Below are positions 1 to 16,592 of a stretch of DNA of 64,000 nt, in pieces (the stretch's first letter is position 1; each line of letters opens with the position of its first letter). The stretch comes from the human T2T-CHM13v2.0 reference genome, Homo sapiens. The notes under the pieces were generated by a model that worked only from the letters and a program-made list of their open reading frames with translations, did not search any database and was not told where the DNA came from. The stretch lies in NCBI RefSeq assembly GCF_009914755.1, contig NC_060930.1; one strand, given 5' to 3'. A program made the translations under genes and the position numbers.

Positions 1-1825
1 CTACCTTTTAAACACAGCTTCAGGGTTGAATCCGTGCTACACTTGCACGGGTACATGTGCCAGTTTTGTTATATCTTTAACTATGTCCTCAACTACTTGC
101 CCCTGATCATCTATGTGTAGACAACAATTAGTAAGGTTAAATTTTCTACAGACTTTTCTTTCAGCTGCTACTAAGTAGTCAAGAGCTAGTCTATTTTGAT
201 AGATAGCATTTCTCATCAGAGTTTCTTGCTGGGCAAGAACAGTCAAGGCTTGACCGGTTTTATTAGTAATAATTTCTAAAACAGCTTGCAACCATATGAT
301 TCGGTTGAGCATGTAGATGGGGGTTCGAAATCCTCATGAGCCATCTTGTGCCTAAGTGGTGGGTCGGTAGTATTGTATGATTCTTTCAGGGGGCCATTCA
401 TTATTTTTCTAATCACCTATGGCTATGCTTCGTTTTTCATGGGAAGCATAGACTGGGAAGCCTAGAAGTTCACCTGTTTTTATGGGCAGTAAGAAGAAAG
501 ATGGCTTAATGGTGCCAATTACACAGCTCCCTGTCCACTGATCAGACAGCTTAGAATAAGCTCTGTGTCCACATATCCAGTATAACCTGGTGGGGGCTGT
601 CCAGTCCTGGTGGAATTCTGGGTGGGCCTAAACAGTCTGCAACTTTGGAAATTTACTGAATGGATTTCTTTCTGTGTAATTGGAACTCCACCATGTAACT
701 GTTTTTGTGGTACCATTATACAGCTTTTGCCCAAGACAACTAAGCCGCCCTATAGAATGAGTGAATTGTTTTCCTTCAATAGCTGTGCAATACTGTCTAA
801 TAATTGAGACTTTTAGAACCTAAAAATTGTCAGGGTGGTTCTTTTGGGCTGGGAATTCATCAGGAACTGGGTCTGTGGGAACTAATTCTCGGGCTTCCTA
901 TGGCCATTGATCTCCTGTTACGGTTCCTCCGCAAACATAACATGAGGTGACTTGTAGAGACTGGGCTACGTGTTCGGCTAATTGCAAAAACAAATTTTTA
1001 GTTTTTCCTGGAATCTCAGGTACTGGCACATTTAGTTTATCATAGAAAGTCTGAAATACTGGTTCTGGAGAGCGTCTTTGAACCTCTCCTTTTATTAGGA
1101 TGCTTATACTAGGATCTAGTCCTTTTCCATCAATGCCTAATGTTACATATCTTTTTTTTATTTTACTTTGGGTCTGAGGGGTTTGTGATTATCAATTCTA
1201 AAGGGTTGCAGCTCCTACTCGTGCAGGAGGGGCTGACTTTTCTTTTTTTTGGAGCCAAACAGGATATTTTTTATCTTCTTTCTAAGTAGCCTAAATGACA
1301 CAAGACTAGTATTGACACATCTCACATAAATATGATTTTTGACAGATGTACTTATTTTCTGCTGTGTAACTTTTTTTTCAATCTAGAGAACCGCATCCTA
1401 TCCCATGCTGTTTACTATTAATAGCGGCACAGGCGTCAAATTTTAAGGTTACATTTTTGGGGACCTTTCTTTCTTCTGTTCTAGCTATTACCTTACTTGT
1501 GTCACCTAGAAAAGGACCAGTCCTTAATTTTATTTTAAAAACTGTGAACATGGGAGGCTTAAAATGGGTCATAATACGCATCAGGTTGGTTATTCCCTGG
1601 GCTGCATACCTTGGATAGAATAGCATTATACAAACAAGTTTCTTTTAGAGTCCCGGTACACTTATAATAACCATAAAATAATAGGACTGTAGCAATCTTT
1701 TGTCCTACCTCAGTGACTTGATGTATATACTGGAAACAGTTATCAGTCTGAGGAAGGTCAGTGGAAGTCCTTACTGTTCAAGTCCAAATTTTAAGGAAAT
1801 TGGGTCCCGCGATGAATTTCCTCAT
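1..1825 (-). pseudogene. Decayed class I ERV env (HERV-E/ERV3-like), truncated by the window edge
   Basis: ORF 37..312 has the immunosuppressive domain QNRLALDYL and the CX6CC-type motif [10 protein letters not shown]. An SU fragment lies at 1378..1626. A signal-peptide-like ATG is at 1823-1825. The furin site is degenerate (HEKR/SIAIG, near 425-440). Multiple stops and frameshifts. Confidence 0.85.
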
Positions 1826-1879
1826 GTTTCGGCCGTGCGTGGACCAGTCAGCTTCCAGGTGTGACTGGGGCGGGGCTTG

Positions 1880-2435
1880 TCGTCTTCTTCAGAGTCACTT
1901 TGCAGGGGTTGGCGAAGCTGCTCCTATCTACGTGCAACTCCCAGTCTACTGATGTTTAGGGGTGGTCTCGGTGGTTGGGCCTGCTAGAATAAACTGAGTC
2001 CAATACTTCTACACAGTTATGTTTAACTGGGCTCTCTGATACCGGGAGTAAGGTGGCGGGGTTTAGGGTGTTGCAAACTTCAATGGTTATGCGGGGATTT
2101 TCACAGAGCAAGCTTTGCTATCTAGTTAGTCTAGCATTCATTAGCTAATGGTGTCCTTTGGTATTTATTAAAATCACCACAGCATGGGAGGACTTTATGT
2201 TTAGGTTTTGTCTAAGAGTTAGCTTATCTGCTTTTTGTGCTAACAGGGCCATTGCTACCAGGGCCCTTGGACATGGGGGCCAGCCTTTGGAAACCTCATC
2301 TAGTTGTTTTGAGAGATAGGCCTTGGCCAGGGCCCTACAGTCTGGGTTAAAACTCCAACTGCCATTTTTTCTCTTTGACACATAGAGTGCAAAGAGTTTT
2401 GTCAGGTCAGGTAGCCTCAGGGCTGGGGCCGACAT
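1880..2435 (-). pseudogene. ERV pol remnant (RT connection/RNase H region)
   Basis: ORF 2145..2435 (SAPALRLPDLTKLFALYV...AYLSKQLDEVSKGWPPCPRALVA) matches the gammaretroviral RT connection domain, followed by an LNPATLLP-like segment. Confidence 0.8.
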
Positions 2436-2938
2436 GAGTTTTTTTTTTTTTAACTCATGAAAAGTTCATTGCTGTTGGGTGTAATAGATGTAGTTTATCT
2501 AATCTACATTTTTATTGACTGTCATCTACCAAAATATTGACTTAAATCCTGTAACTATTTGATTTCAAGTTTTAAATTGATCTGGTATTCCTTGCGGGGC
2601 TCCAATTGCATCTAAATAGATGTGAGAGTTGAAAGACCTATAAGGGGCTTCTCTTGCTTTACGATGTCTTATTATTATTATTATTTTTTTTTCCTTCCTC
2701 TGGTTGATGAAATGCCAGGGTGAAAGGGATAGCCAAATGGACTAAAGCACAAGTGCCACTCTAGTTATTCAGCAGAGTGCCTAGTAAAGGTCCACCACAA
2801 TACTGCCACACATCCACTCAGGGATGAACAAGGACTGACTGATTGATAAGCTCTTGAAAATTCTTAAGCTCACTGCATCCCTTCAGGTCTCCAAGGAATG
2901 CTAAGTCTCCTCCCAGCCGTGAGAGACACGAAGTGAAC

Positions 2939-3196
2939 TTAGTGTTGGGAGACGGAAGCTGGATGGCCCTCGGGAGCTGACCCGCAGGGACTTTGGGATA
3001 TAGCAGAGAGAGCTTGGCATGACTTATTACTCCAGGCTGTAGAATCCTGGAAAAGAGCTACCATGCAGCCCACGCCTGGTCGACTGGAGGACCACCTTAG
3101 TGGAAGGGGGACAATCAGGGCCTCTGGGCTGCCATGTGCACAAGCATAACAATTGCTTTTGTTTAACGTGCAGATGGAATATTTGATCCGTTTCAA
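2939..3196 (-). pseudogene. Second env-SU-like fragment inside the provirus
   Basis: Cys-rich NCYACAHG...WSNKSC peptide resembling the SU of HERV-I-type elements (recognition from memory). Confidence 0.5.
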
Positions 3197-5212
3197 CCAG
3201 GCATTTGCATCTTGGTATGCTGTCTTAATTGCTAAAGTTTAAGTCTTTAACTTTTATGATCCTCTAGTAAAATGAATGTTTTCTTTAGCACCAATTTTTA
3301 TTAGTTTTTAGACTAAAGAAAGCTAAACACCATTTTATATGTAATAATGCTTCTTGTATGATTTTTATACCAGATAGGTTAAATTTTACCTTTATATTAG
3401 TGTGTTATTAATGTTAAAATTAATTTTAATAAAACCTTGTAGACATATTTATCCAATTTTTCATGTTTGACCATTAGGTAAGATTTTATAGACTCTTTTT
3501 AACCTTTTATAATTTTTGTTAAAGAGCAGGTTGATGCTTTAAGAAAAACCTGTTGCATTTTTACTTTAGTGTCCAGTTCACAGAAAAACTGGGTGATACC
3601 TTTTTAACTTTAGCTAATATTTACACACAGAATTTTCTTTACAATTAACATTTTAAAACTTGCTTAAACTTTCAAAACAATAATTTTTTTAACCTTTTAA
3701 TGTAGGTAAAAATCCACATTCTTATGCCTCTTTATAATCTTTTTACTAAAGGTATATTTTACTTTTTTTATACACCTTGCACATAAACTGTTTTTTCAAT
3801 GGTACTCAGGAGGCCTTATTACTTTTAAATTATACGACATTTTTTGCATAAAATTTTTTATAACTTTTTCATGACTTTCGCAATTTTTTTAACATGTCTC
3901 AACTTTTTGACTTATTGCAAACATTTTTTTCTTTAAACAACCAGTTAATTTATTTCAGGACAAGAATTTACCATATAACTTTTTTTTTATATAAATTCTG
4001 CCTCTTCCCTTTTTTTTTTTCCTTTTTTTAAAGCAAACTTTCTTTATGTCTTTGGACTAGACTGTCTAAGGCCACAAGATTAGAAGTTACCATAATACAT
4101 GTTACACTGTTAACTTTTAGCAAACTTCACTTTTGTTGAAAACCTTGTAAGTTTGAGATTTCAATTATCCTTTGCTATTAATAAGACCTTGTTTAGTATA
4201 AATTAACTTAGAATTGGTATAGATGGCCTTTTTTTCTCTCTGCTGGTCTTTCCTTGCCTCTGCCAGCCACTTATGCTGCTGTTCTCTTAACTACTGTTGC
4301 GGGGAAGGGGGTCTAAAACCAGCTATAACTGTCTATGTACGGAAACTGGTCTCGGTGCCTTGGCTTACAGGTTACCTTGTGTCATACCTTTGAAACAAGG
4401 GACCTGTCCAGGCTTCCTTCTGATGGCCAACCCACCTCTAATGCTGGCCAGCCTATTTCACACAAAGTTCTAAGTTTTCCTGGTGTCACAGTAACACCAT
4501 AATCTCCCTTAAATTCTTTCTTGAAATTTTTCAACATAGTTCCTAGTGGGTTGGGCTTATTTGTGCCTGGCCCATGCTTCTTTGAGACAAAACAACACGC
4601 TCACACCACACACACACCACAAAACAAAGAACAGTTAAAAAGGGCACACACACACTTTTGCAGTTTACACCAAACCAAAATCAAAACCAAAATCAGAGTT
4701 TCCAGAAATCCAAGCCAGGTCAAAACCAAAACCAAAGTATCCAGCAATTCAAGTCAAGTCAAAACTAGAACAAAGGTGCCAATACAGGCACACCGTGGGT
4801 GATCAGGCCACGCTTCCACTCAGGTGGAGTGGGGTAAGTTCCAAAGACTAGTCCTACCAAGTCAAGCCAAGTCAAAACCAGAACAAAGGTGCCAATACAG
4901 GCACACCGTGGGTGATCAGGCCACGCTTCCACTCAGATGGAGTGGGGCAAGTTCCAAAGACTAGTCTTACCAAGTTTCAGATATCCAGACTCCAAATGCC
5001 AGTTCCTTCCTGGTGTTCAGCCACTGTGTTAATCCTCCATGGGGGCCTGCTACGGGCTGCTCTGGTGAGGCGTTCCACTGGGGAAATTTCCTACCCGGGA
5101 GCCCTCTTTGGATCGCGGCACTCAGGCTGGCCGGAGTCCCCCGCAGGGATGCTCCACAGGGCAGGCTTAAGCCGCCTAAGGGGCTGCCTCAGCCATCCAT
5201 CAGTCACCTCGT

Positions 5213-5230
5213 TTCCCAGTCAGGGAACCA
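5213..5230 (-). promoter_or_regulatory. Primer binding site for tRNA-Glu
   Basis: Minus strand TGGTTCCCTGACTGGGAA, one mismatch to the complement of the tRNA-Glu 3' end, 5 nt after the LTR terminal CA. Confidence 0.9.
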
Positions 5231-5235
5231 AAAAA

Positions 5236-5720
5236 TGTAGCAGGATGAGCTGCAGACAAAACCTCTCAGACACCAAGTTGTAGAAGGAAGGGCTTTATTC
5301 AGCTGGGAGCATCGGCAAGCTACTGCCTTAAAATCCGAGCTCCTCGAGTGCACAATTTCTATCCCTTTTAAGGGCCCACAACACTGAAGATTTCACATGA
5401 AAGGGTCATGATTGATTTGAGCAAGCAAGGGGTACGTGACAGGGGCTGCATGCACCGGTGGTCAGAGAGAAACAGAACAGGGCAGGGAGTTTCACAATGT
5501 TCTTCTATACAATGTCTGGAATCTATGAATAACGTCGGTTTCTAAGTCATGAGTTGATTTTTATCTACTAGGTTTAGGCCAGGCAGGCCCAGGTCCAGTT
5601 TTGGGCCTGGCGCTGGGCTGTCTTTGATTTTATTTCCTTGTTTTTTTTTGTTTATTTATTATTTTTTTTAAAACAGGTACTGAATATAAAACAATATGAG
5701 AGGGTCTCTCTCTTCCCTCA
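5236..5720 (-). mobile_element. 5' LTR, LTR2 family (LTR2B-like)
   Basis: Minus strand starts TGAGGGAAGAGAGAGACCCTCTCATATTG and ends GCTACA. AATAAA at 5294-5299. Abuts the PBS. Confidence 0.8.
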
Positions 5721-6063
5721 CTTCCACCAGATACCCTAAACTATCTCCCTTAATTCAAAGTTCCACAAATCTCTAGGGCAGGTGCAAAATCCCACTAGTC
5801 TCTTTGCTAAAACATAGCAAGAATCACCTTCACTGTAGTTCCCAACAAGTTCCTCATTTCCATCTGAGACCACCTCAGCCTGGATTTCCATATCATTATC
5901 AGCATTTTGGTCAAAGCCATTCAACAAGTCTCTAGGAAGTTCCAAACTTTCCCACATATTCCTGTCTTCTGAGCTCTCTAAACTGCTCCACCCTCTCTGC
6001 CTGTTATCCAGTTCCAGGTTTTGGGTATCTTTACAGCAGCACCCCACTCTAGTACCAACTCAC
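5721..6063 (-). mobile_element. THE1 (MaLR) internal sequence, interrupted by the provirus
   Basis: Typical THE1-int 5' sequence and remnant ORF (WESLELPRDLLNGFDQNADNDM...QAEVVSDG). Confidence 0.85.
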
Positions 6064-6428
6064 TGTATTAGTCTGTTTTCACACTGCTGATAAAGACATA
6101 CCTGAGACTGGGTAATTTGTAAAGAAAAAGAGGTTTAATGGACTCAGTTCCACGTGGCTGGGGAGGCCTCACAATCACGGCGGAAAGGCCCTGTGAAAGG
6201 CACATCTTAAGTGGCTGCAGCAAGAGAGAATGAGAGCCAAGCGAAAGGGGAAATCCCTTATAAAGCCATCAGATCTTGTGAGGTTTGCTCACTGCCAGAG
6301 AACAGCACAGGAAAGACCTGCCCCCATGATTCAATTGCCTCCCACTGGGTTCCTTCCACAACACGTGGGAATTGTGGGAGCTTCAATTCAAGATGAAATT
6401 TGGGTGGAGACACAGCCAAACCATATCA
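6064..6428 (-). mobile_element. THE1 LTR (5' LTR)
   Basis: Minus strand TGATATGGTTTGGCTGTGTC...CAGACTAATACA, ~365 bp. Confidence 0.9.
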
Positions 6429-7282
6429 CTTAGGAAAGGATATTTTATAAGTGGGGAAGTTGAAGCTGAACTTAGTGGAGAGAGACTAAATGACCACACT
6501 CTCCTTTGTCTTATCTAAGCAATTATAATAAATGACACTCCAGGTGTCCTTGACTGCTGCCATCTCTGCTTTCAGTGACTTGAGTTTACAGCTTTGCACT
6601 CTGCTCTGGCAGAGATCTTCCTCTAGATACTTTGCCTCATGCCAGATATGCTGGGCAAACCTTGACCTTTTCTGGCTCCTAAAACAGCACTCTAGAAGTC
6701 TTGCCACTGGGCAGGAGAGGATTGGATTTCAAGCTCCTAAGTATGACTATGTGATATTCAAGTTTTGCCCCCTGTGCTTTCCATGAGGAATTAGGGGCTG
6801 ACTCTGTCATCCCACTCCTACTTCATCTTCATGGATTTGGTCAGGCATGAGCATAGACTTAGTGGCCAACCTCTGACCACACCACTCACTGCTAGAGGCT
6901 CCCTGGGGCGGTAAGGATGGAGTAAGAGACTATGGTTCACAAGGACAGACTTGAGGACTAGCTGGGGCCCCTCTGCTACCTCTCACTGGCTTGGAGAATG
7001 GTGTTTTTCTATTTGCTTGTGACAGCAGGCACTTCATTTTCCCTCCTTTGGGAAATTTGAATGGATCTGGTAGAATGAATGAAGAAAGCCCATATGTAGT
7101 GTGGGTGGTGGTGGAGAGTGCGGGATCTGGAGTCTGTCTGCCTGGATTTGAATTATGACTCTACCGCCTACTACCTAATCTTATTGCTTAATCTCTCCAT
7201 GCATCAGCGTTCTTGCATGCAATTGGCTGTCAGATATAAATGAGATATTTGTAAAGCAATTAGCGTATTGCCTTATACATAT

Positions 7283-7674
7283 TATTATGGGCTGAATTTT
7301 GACCCCCTCAAATTCATATGTTGAAGCTCTAATCCTATGTATCTCAGAATGTGACTGTATTTGCAGATAGTGTCTTCAAAGAGGCAGTTAAATTAAAAAT
7401 GAGGTTTTTAGGGTGGGCTCTGATTCAGTAGGACTGGTGTCCTTGATAAGAGGAGGAAATTTGGACCCAGACAGACACAGAGGGAGACCAAAAGTGATGG
7501 TACAGGGAGAAGACGGCCATCTACAAGCCAAGGAGAGAGGCCTCAGAAGAAACCAATGCTGCCAACACCTTCATCTTAGACTTCTAGCCTCCAGAACTGT
7601 GAGAAAATAGATTTCTTTTGTTTAAGCCACCCAGTCTGTGGTGCTTTGTTATGGGAGCCTTATAAACTAATATA
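7283..7674 (+). mobile_element. MLT1 (MLT1B-like) solo LTR inserted into a MIR (MIR ~7095-7280)
   Basis: TATTATGGGCTGAATTTTGACCCC...TTTAAGCCACCCAGTCTGTGGTG...ACTAATATA, the characteristic MaLR ends. Confidence 0.8.
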
Positions 7675-7718
7675 CTTACTAAGCAAACAATATTAGCTAC
7701 TATAACTATTATCATTAT

Positions 7719-12431
<4,713 letters not shown>

Positions 12432-14119
12432 AGCTTATTTGATGGGCCTTAAGGAATATTCCTGTACTCCAACTGTTATGAAAATAAAAGAGAGTAGATG
12501 AAAAGATCGACTACACAGCTACAAGACTTAACTAATGTAAGATCCGGAAAAGATGTTTAGGTGATCAGGGTGGCACACTTGATGGCAGGTAGGGTGCATC
12601 ATCTGAGACTGAGGGTATAACCCATGACAGTCAGTGGGGTTGAACGGAGTCCACAAGCTCTCTGGGTGGCCTGCTCCATTGGCAAGATGAGGGCCACCTC
12701 CTCTAAGAATTCTTCATATCTTTAAAACTGCTCTCTTCACATTTTTATGTTTTTTCCAAATTTATTGTCCTTCCTCAAAGACACTATGTTGTGTCCATAT
12801 AGAATTGATTATTACATGATTCATCTAGGGAAAAGCTTGAGTAGAAAGTGAGAAAAATGAGAGAAAACAATGTTAAACAACTTTAACAAATATTAATGTT
12901 TCACTTAATTCATTAAACATTAAGGAAATGTTTAATGAAGTTATTTGATGTCTCTGAGCTTCTGGCTCCTTTTCAGGTAAATGAAAACATCCTAAAGAAT
13001 GAAACTGTTTCTTCAGCCATACTTAAATTTTTTTTTTCTGTGATCTGAGAGACAAAACTTTATTAATAGCCAATCATCTAAAAAGGAGGGAAAATTATGG
13101 AACACAGGAAGATCCTTACAAGAAAATTTCTTGGTAAAATAGTTCCAAATTTCAGCACCCTCCCCGATGAGTTAGTGAAACAGCAAATGGACCTCACTAA
13201 AAGGCAGTTAAGCTACAGACTCTGAGGACAGTTACAAAGGAGGAGCTTTCCTGCAGAAAACAGAACCAGAGACAGGCTGAGTGTGAGCTAGTTTTAGGCA
13301 TTCATGTTGAATAACCATTTGTTAATATGGCTGTATCCAATTATAATCAATCAGGTTAAAAATGGTTATTGTGTTGAAAATATTGTGTCAAGTTACTATG
13401 ATGAGAAAGAGATGATGTGTGTGGAAGTCCTGACAGCACAGAACTTGTAAGTAACAGAATTTCATCAATCTACACATATAAAAGGGGGAAAAAACCCCAA
13501 TGCTGAAGACTAGCCCCAGCCTCCCAAACAAAAAAAAATCCCCAGAAGTGGAAATTCATTATGTCTTAACAAGACTTGAAATAAATTATGTTCAGACACA
13601 GGCTATGTATCTCTTTGGTTCCATATTTACCATGTAATTTTCAGAAAAAGAATCCTCCCAACATTTGCAAGTACATATTCTGGCAATGGAAGACCTATTT
13701 CTGTTAAATAACCAGGTGAGTTATTTCTGTTAAAATAATAACTAACTTTTTTCTATTGAAAAAAATAGGCATATAAAAATTGGCATTTAAGTTTTTAAGA
13801 AGTAATGTAGTTTTTGCTTTCTCTGTAATTTAATTAATAATTATATCAAAATGAAAATGAACACTGAAGATCTACTAACAAACAAGTACACTCTTAAAAC
13901 TCTCTAAAAGGATGAGTGCTAAATTAAATTTTCCCATTTTTGCTGCCCTTTTTTTTTTTTTTTTTTTGTTTTAACCCTGAAGAAGTTTTGGTAAGGAAAT
14001 TGCAATATCAAACAGGATATAAAAATATGTTAAATAATTTACTTCATTAAAACTCAGAAAAGGGTAGGGTAAGAAAGATGTAACCAATGCAGGCTTATAA
14101 AAAAGATGAAGTCACACTG

Positions 14120-15102
14120 CTATATTATTTTATATTTTATTCAATTTTAATATGGTTTCCATTATTAACTTTTAAAACAACATGATTTCCAGTTTAAAAA
14201 ACAATGCACTGACCACATAATTCCTTTTTTATTTTACACAGTTATACAAATATTCTAAATACACATTTTGTGTTCAAGATGATGGCAAATAAGATTAACT
14301 GTACAGTACATAAGGAAAGAAAATATTTTAAGTATATTTAGAAGCAATAGAAATGTCTATACAAAACAAGCAAATGGAATAAAATTTTTTATTTTTAAAG
14401 TATTGCAACAGGCCCACAGGTTTGTAACAAAAATGTCTTTGCACAGTTCCTCACAATGCCCCATTAATAGCTAAAGCAAGACAGCATTTTTTAAAAAATA
14501 ATGTTTCAAAATGCTACACGTGGTACTACTGTTTGCACAGTTTGATCAAAATAACGATCTACTTTGAGTCAAGCAAAACCTAGAGGAAATATACCAAACA
14601 ACTTGAAAATCATTTGTATAAAAATCATTGCACATTATTTTACTCGTTTGAAAAGTAAAAAAGTGTATTTACAAAATATTTTGCAGTCAAAATTATAAAG
14701 TGAATGGATATCTCGAAGTAACACGTCTTGATACAGACAGTTCAAGGAAAACACACAAATGCTTTTTCTTTAAGAGGTTTTCAGTGCTCCTTCCACTGGG
14801 AAGTAAACATGATCTACTCAAATGAATTTACAAGATGGTACACATACTGGAGCAAATCCAACACCTGCATTATAAAACAATGTTTAAAAGGTGACAGAAT
14901 GAGGAATTTGTACATTGTAAGAAGTGAGCTATTCAGAGATCAACAAGTACATTTTAATTCGGTTAGCATAGAAGTCTTCATAGTCTTCAGATAACAGACA
15001 GTGAACATCCTTGACTCGATGAAAGTTAAAAAGCACCATGCACAACAGTTTAGTGGTAAGCACTGAAAAAAATAGCACCTGTAATACTGTGATATTGACA
15101 AT
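14120..15102 (-). other. REV3L: REV3L 3' UTR
   Basis: Repeat-free AU-rich sequence between the TAA stop (15103-15105) and the poly(A) signal. Confidence 0.8.
14136..14141 (-). terminator. REV3L: REV3L poly(A) signal (AATAAA), cleavage expected ~14115-14122
   Basis: AATAAA on the minus strand followed by a GU/U-rich element (GTGTGACTTCATCTTTTTT). Additional AATAAA at 14228-14233 and 14388-14393. Confidence 0.75.
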
Positions 15103-15243
15103 TTAAAACTGGTCTAATAACTGCCGGAGATATGGTGCCTTGGACAATTCTCTATTTACTCGGGAGAGTTTGAAAAGTACTGGGCAGTTCAGAGAAACAC
15201 ATGGGATGTGTCGATCAAAGCAACCTGTACAGTTCTTGCATAT
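15103..15243 (-). CDS. REV3L: REV3L last coding exon (CysB 4Fe-4S motif, C-terminus)
   Basis: TTTCAG acceptor; ICKNCTGCFDRHIPCVSLNCPVLFKLSRVNRELSKAPYLRQLLDQF*; 141 nt, phase 0. Confidence 0.98.
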   Translation of the reverse strand: MCKNCTGCFDRHIPCVSLNCPVLFKLSRVNRELSKAPYLRQLLDQF

Positions 15244-15655
15244 CTGAAAGCATAAGAGAAATACAAAAAATAATAGGAAAGTTTTTATGCGTGTATGCAA
15301 ACAACAAATTTTTATAATCCCTACTTTCTAGACTACCACAGATTACTGGCAGACATACATTACAGAAACTTTCATTAATTTTAATCTCTTGGAAGCCTAG
15401 ACTACCCTATGTTGAGACATTTCTAAAGGATATTATTTTGTAAAGATAGAGTACAAATTTCCCTAAGGATTCATTTAATTCCTAAGATTAACTTTCATTT
15501 ACAATGGAATCCTATTAAAATCTACATAAGCTACCCAATTACCAAAGAATGTCTCTTACATGAACTATAAACACGTTTTCAAAGTACTTAGACTATATTC
15601 TCATATGCCAATCATAAAAAAGTTACTCTTTTTCGTATTCCAGAAGAGAAAAGCA

Positions 15656-16592
15656 ACCTGCTGAAGCCACAGCAGAAAAACATAAATTGTGAAGATTTCA
15701 TGGACATTTGTTAGTTCCCCAAATTAATACTTTCATAATTTCTTATGCCTGTCTTTACTGCAATCTCTGAACATGAATTGTGAAGATTTCATGAACATTT
15801 ATCACTTCCCCAATCAATACTCTTATAATTTCCTATGCCTGTCTTTAATCTTTTAATTCCGTCATCTCCGTAAGCTGAGGATGTATATCGCCTCAGGACC
15901 CTGTGGTGATTGCGTTATCTGCACAAATTGTTTGTAAAGCATGTGTGTTTGAACAATATGAAATCTGAGCACCTTGAAAAGAACAGGATAACAGCGATTT
16001 GCAGGGAATAAGGGAGATAACCATAAAATCTGACTGCCTGCAGGGCCTGGCAGAACAGAGTCATATTTCTCTTCTTTCAGAAAGCGAATAGGAGAAATAT
16101 CGCTGAATTCTTTTCTCAGCAAGGAATAACCCCGGGAAAACGAATGCATTCTCAGGGGTAGGTCTCTAAAATGGCCACTCTGGGAGTGTCTGTCTTATGC
16201 AGTTGTAGACACGGGATGAAATATGCCCTGGCCTCCTGCAGCACCCCCAGGCTTGCTAGGATTAGGAAATTCCAGCCTGGCGAATTCTAGTCAGACTGGT
16301 TGTCTGATCACGAACCCTGTTTCCTGTTAAGATGTTTATCAATGACAATGTGTGCCCAGCACGACATGGACCTTCATCAGTAATTCTAGTTTCACCCTGG
16401 CCTTGTGATCTCACTCTGCCTCTTTGCTGTTGTGATATTTTACTGCCTTTGAAGCATGTGACCCACTCCCTATTCGTACACCCCTCCCCTTTTGAAACCC
16501 CTAATAAAAACTTGCTGGTTTTGTGGCTCAAGGGGCATCAAGGAACCTGCCAACATGTGATGTCACCCCCAGAGACCCAGCTGTAAAATTTC
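15656..16592 (+). mobile_element. MER11 (HERV-K/HML-8) LTR, truncated at both ends
   Basis: Two copies of CATRAATTGTGAAGATTTCATG, CTAATAAAAACTTGCTGG; no TG/CA termini; followed by A14. Confidence 0.8.

Larger units (their letters stand above)
1..5235 (-). mobile_element. Harlequin/HERV-E-group provirus internal region (non-autonomous, mosaic)
   Basis: PBS, leader, long AT-rich spacer (~3230-4210), then env, pol and env fragments. No recognisable gag ORF. The 3' LTR is outside the window. Confidence 0.75.

Noticed and set aside
4521-5283. Plus-strand ORFs of 93 and 123 aa
   Set aside because: Antisense to the ERV leader, low complexity or repeat derived, non-ATG starts, no recognisable domain.
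5736-6047. 103-aa ORF
   Set aside because: Remnant of the THE1/MaLR internal ORF, cut by the proviral insertion.
15681-15860. ~91-bp direct repeat resembling a repeat-spacer unit
   Set aside because: Intrinsic tandem unit of MER11 LTRs; two copies only; not CRISPR.
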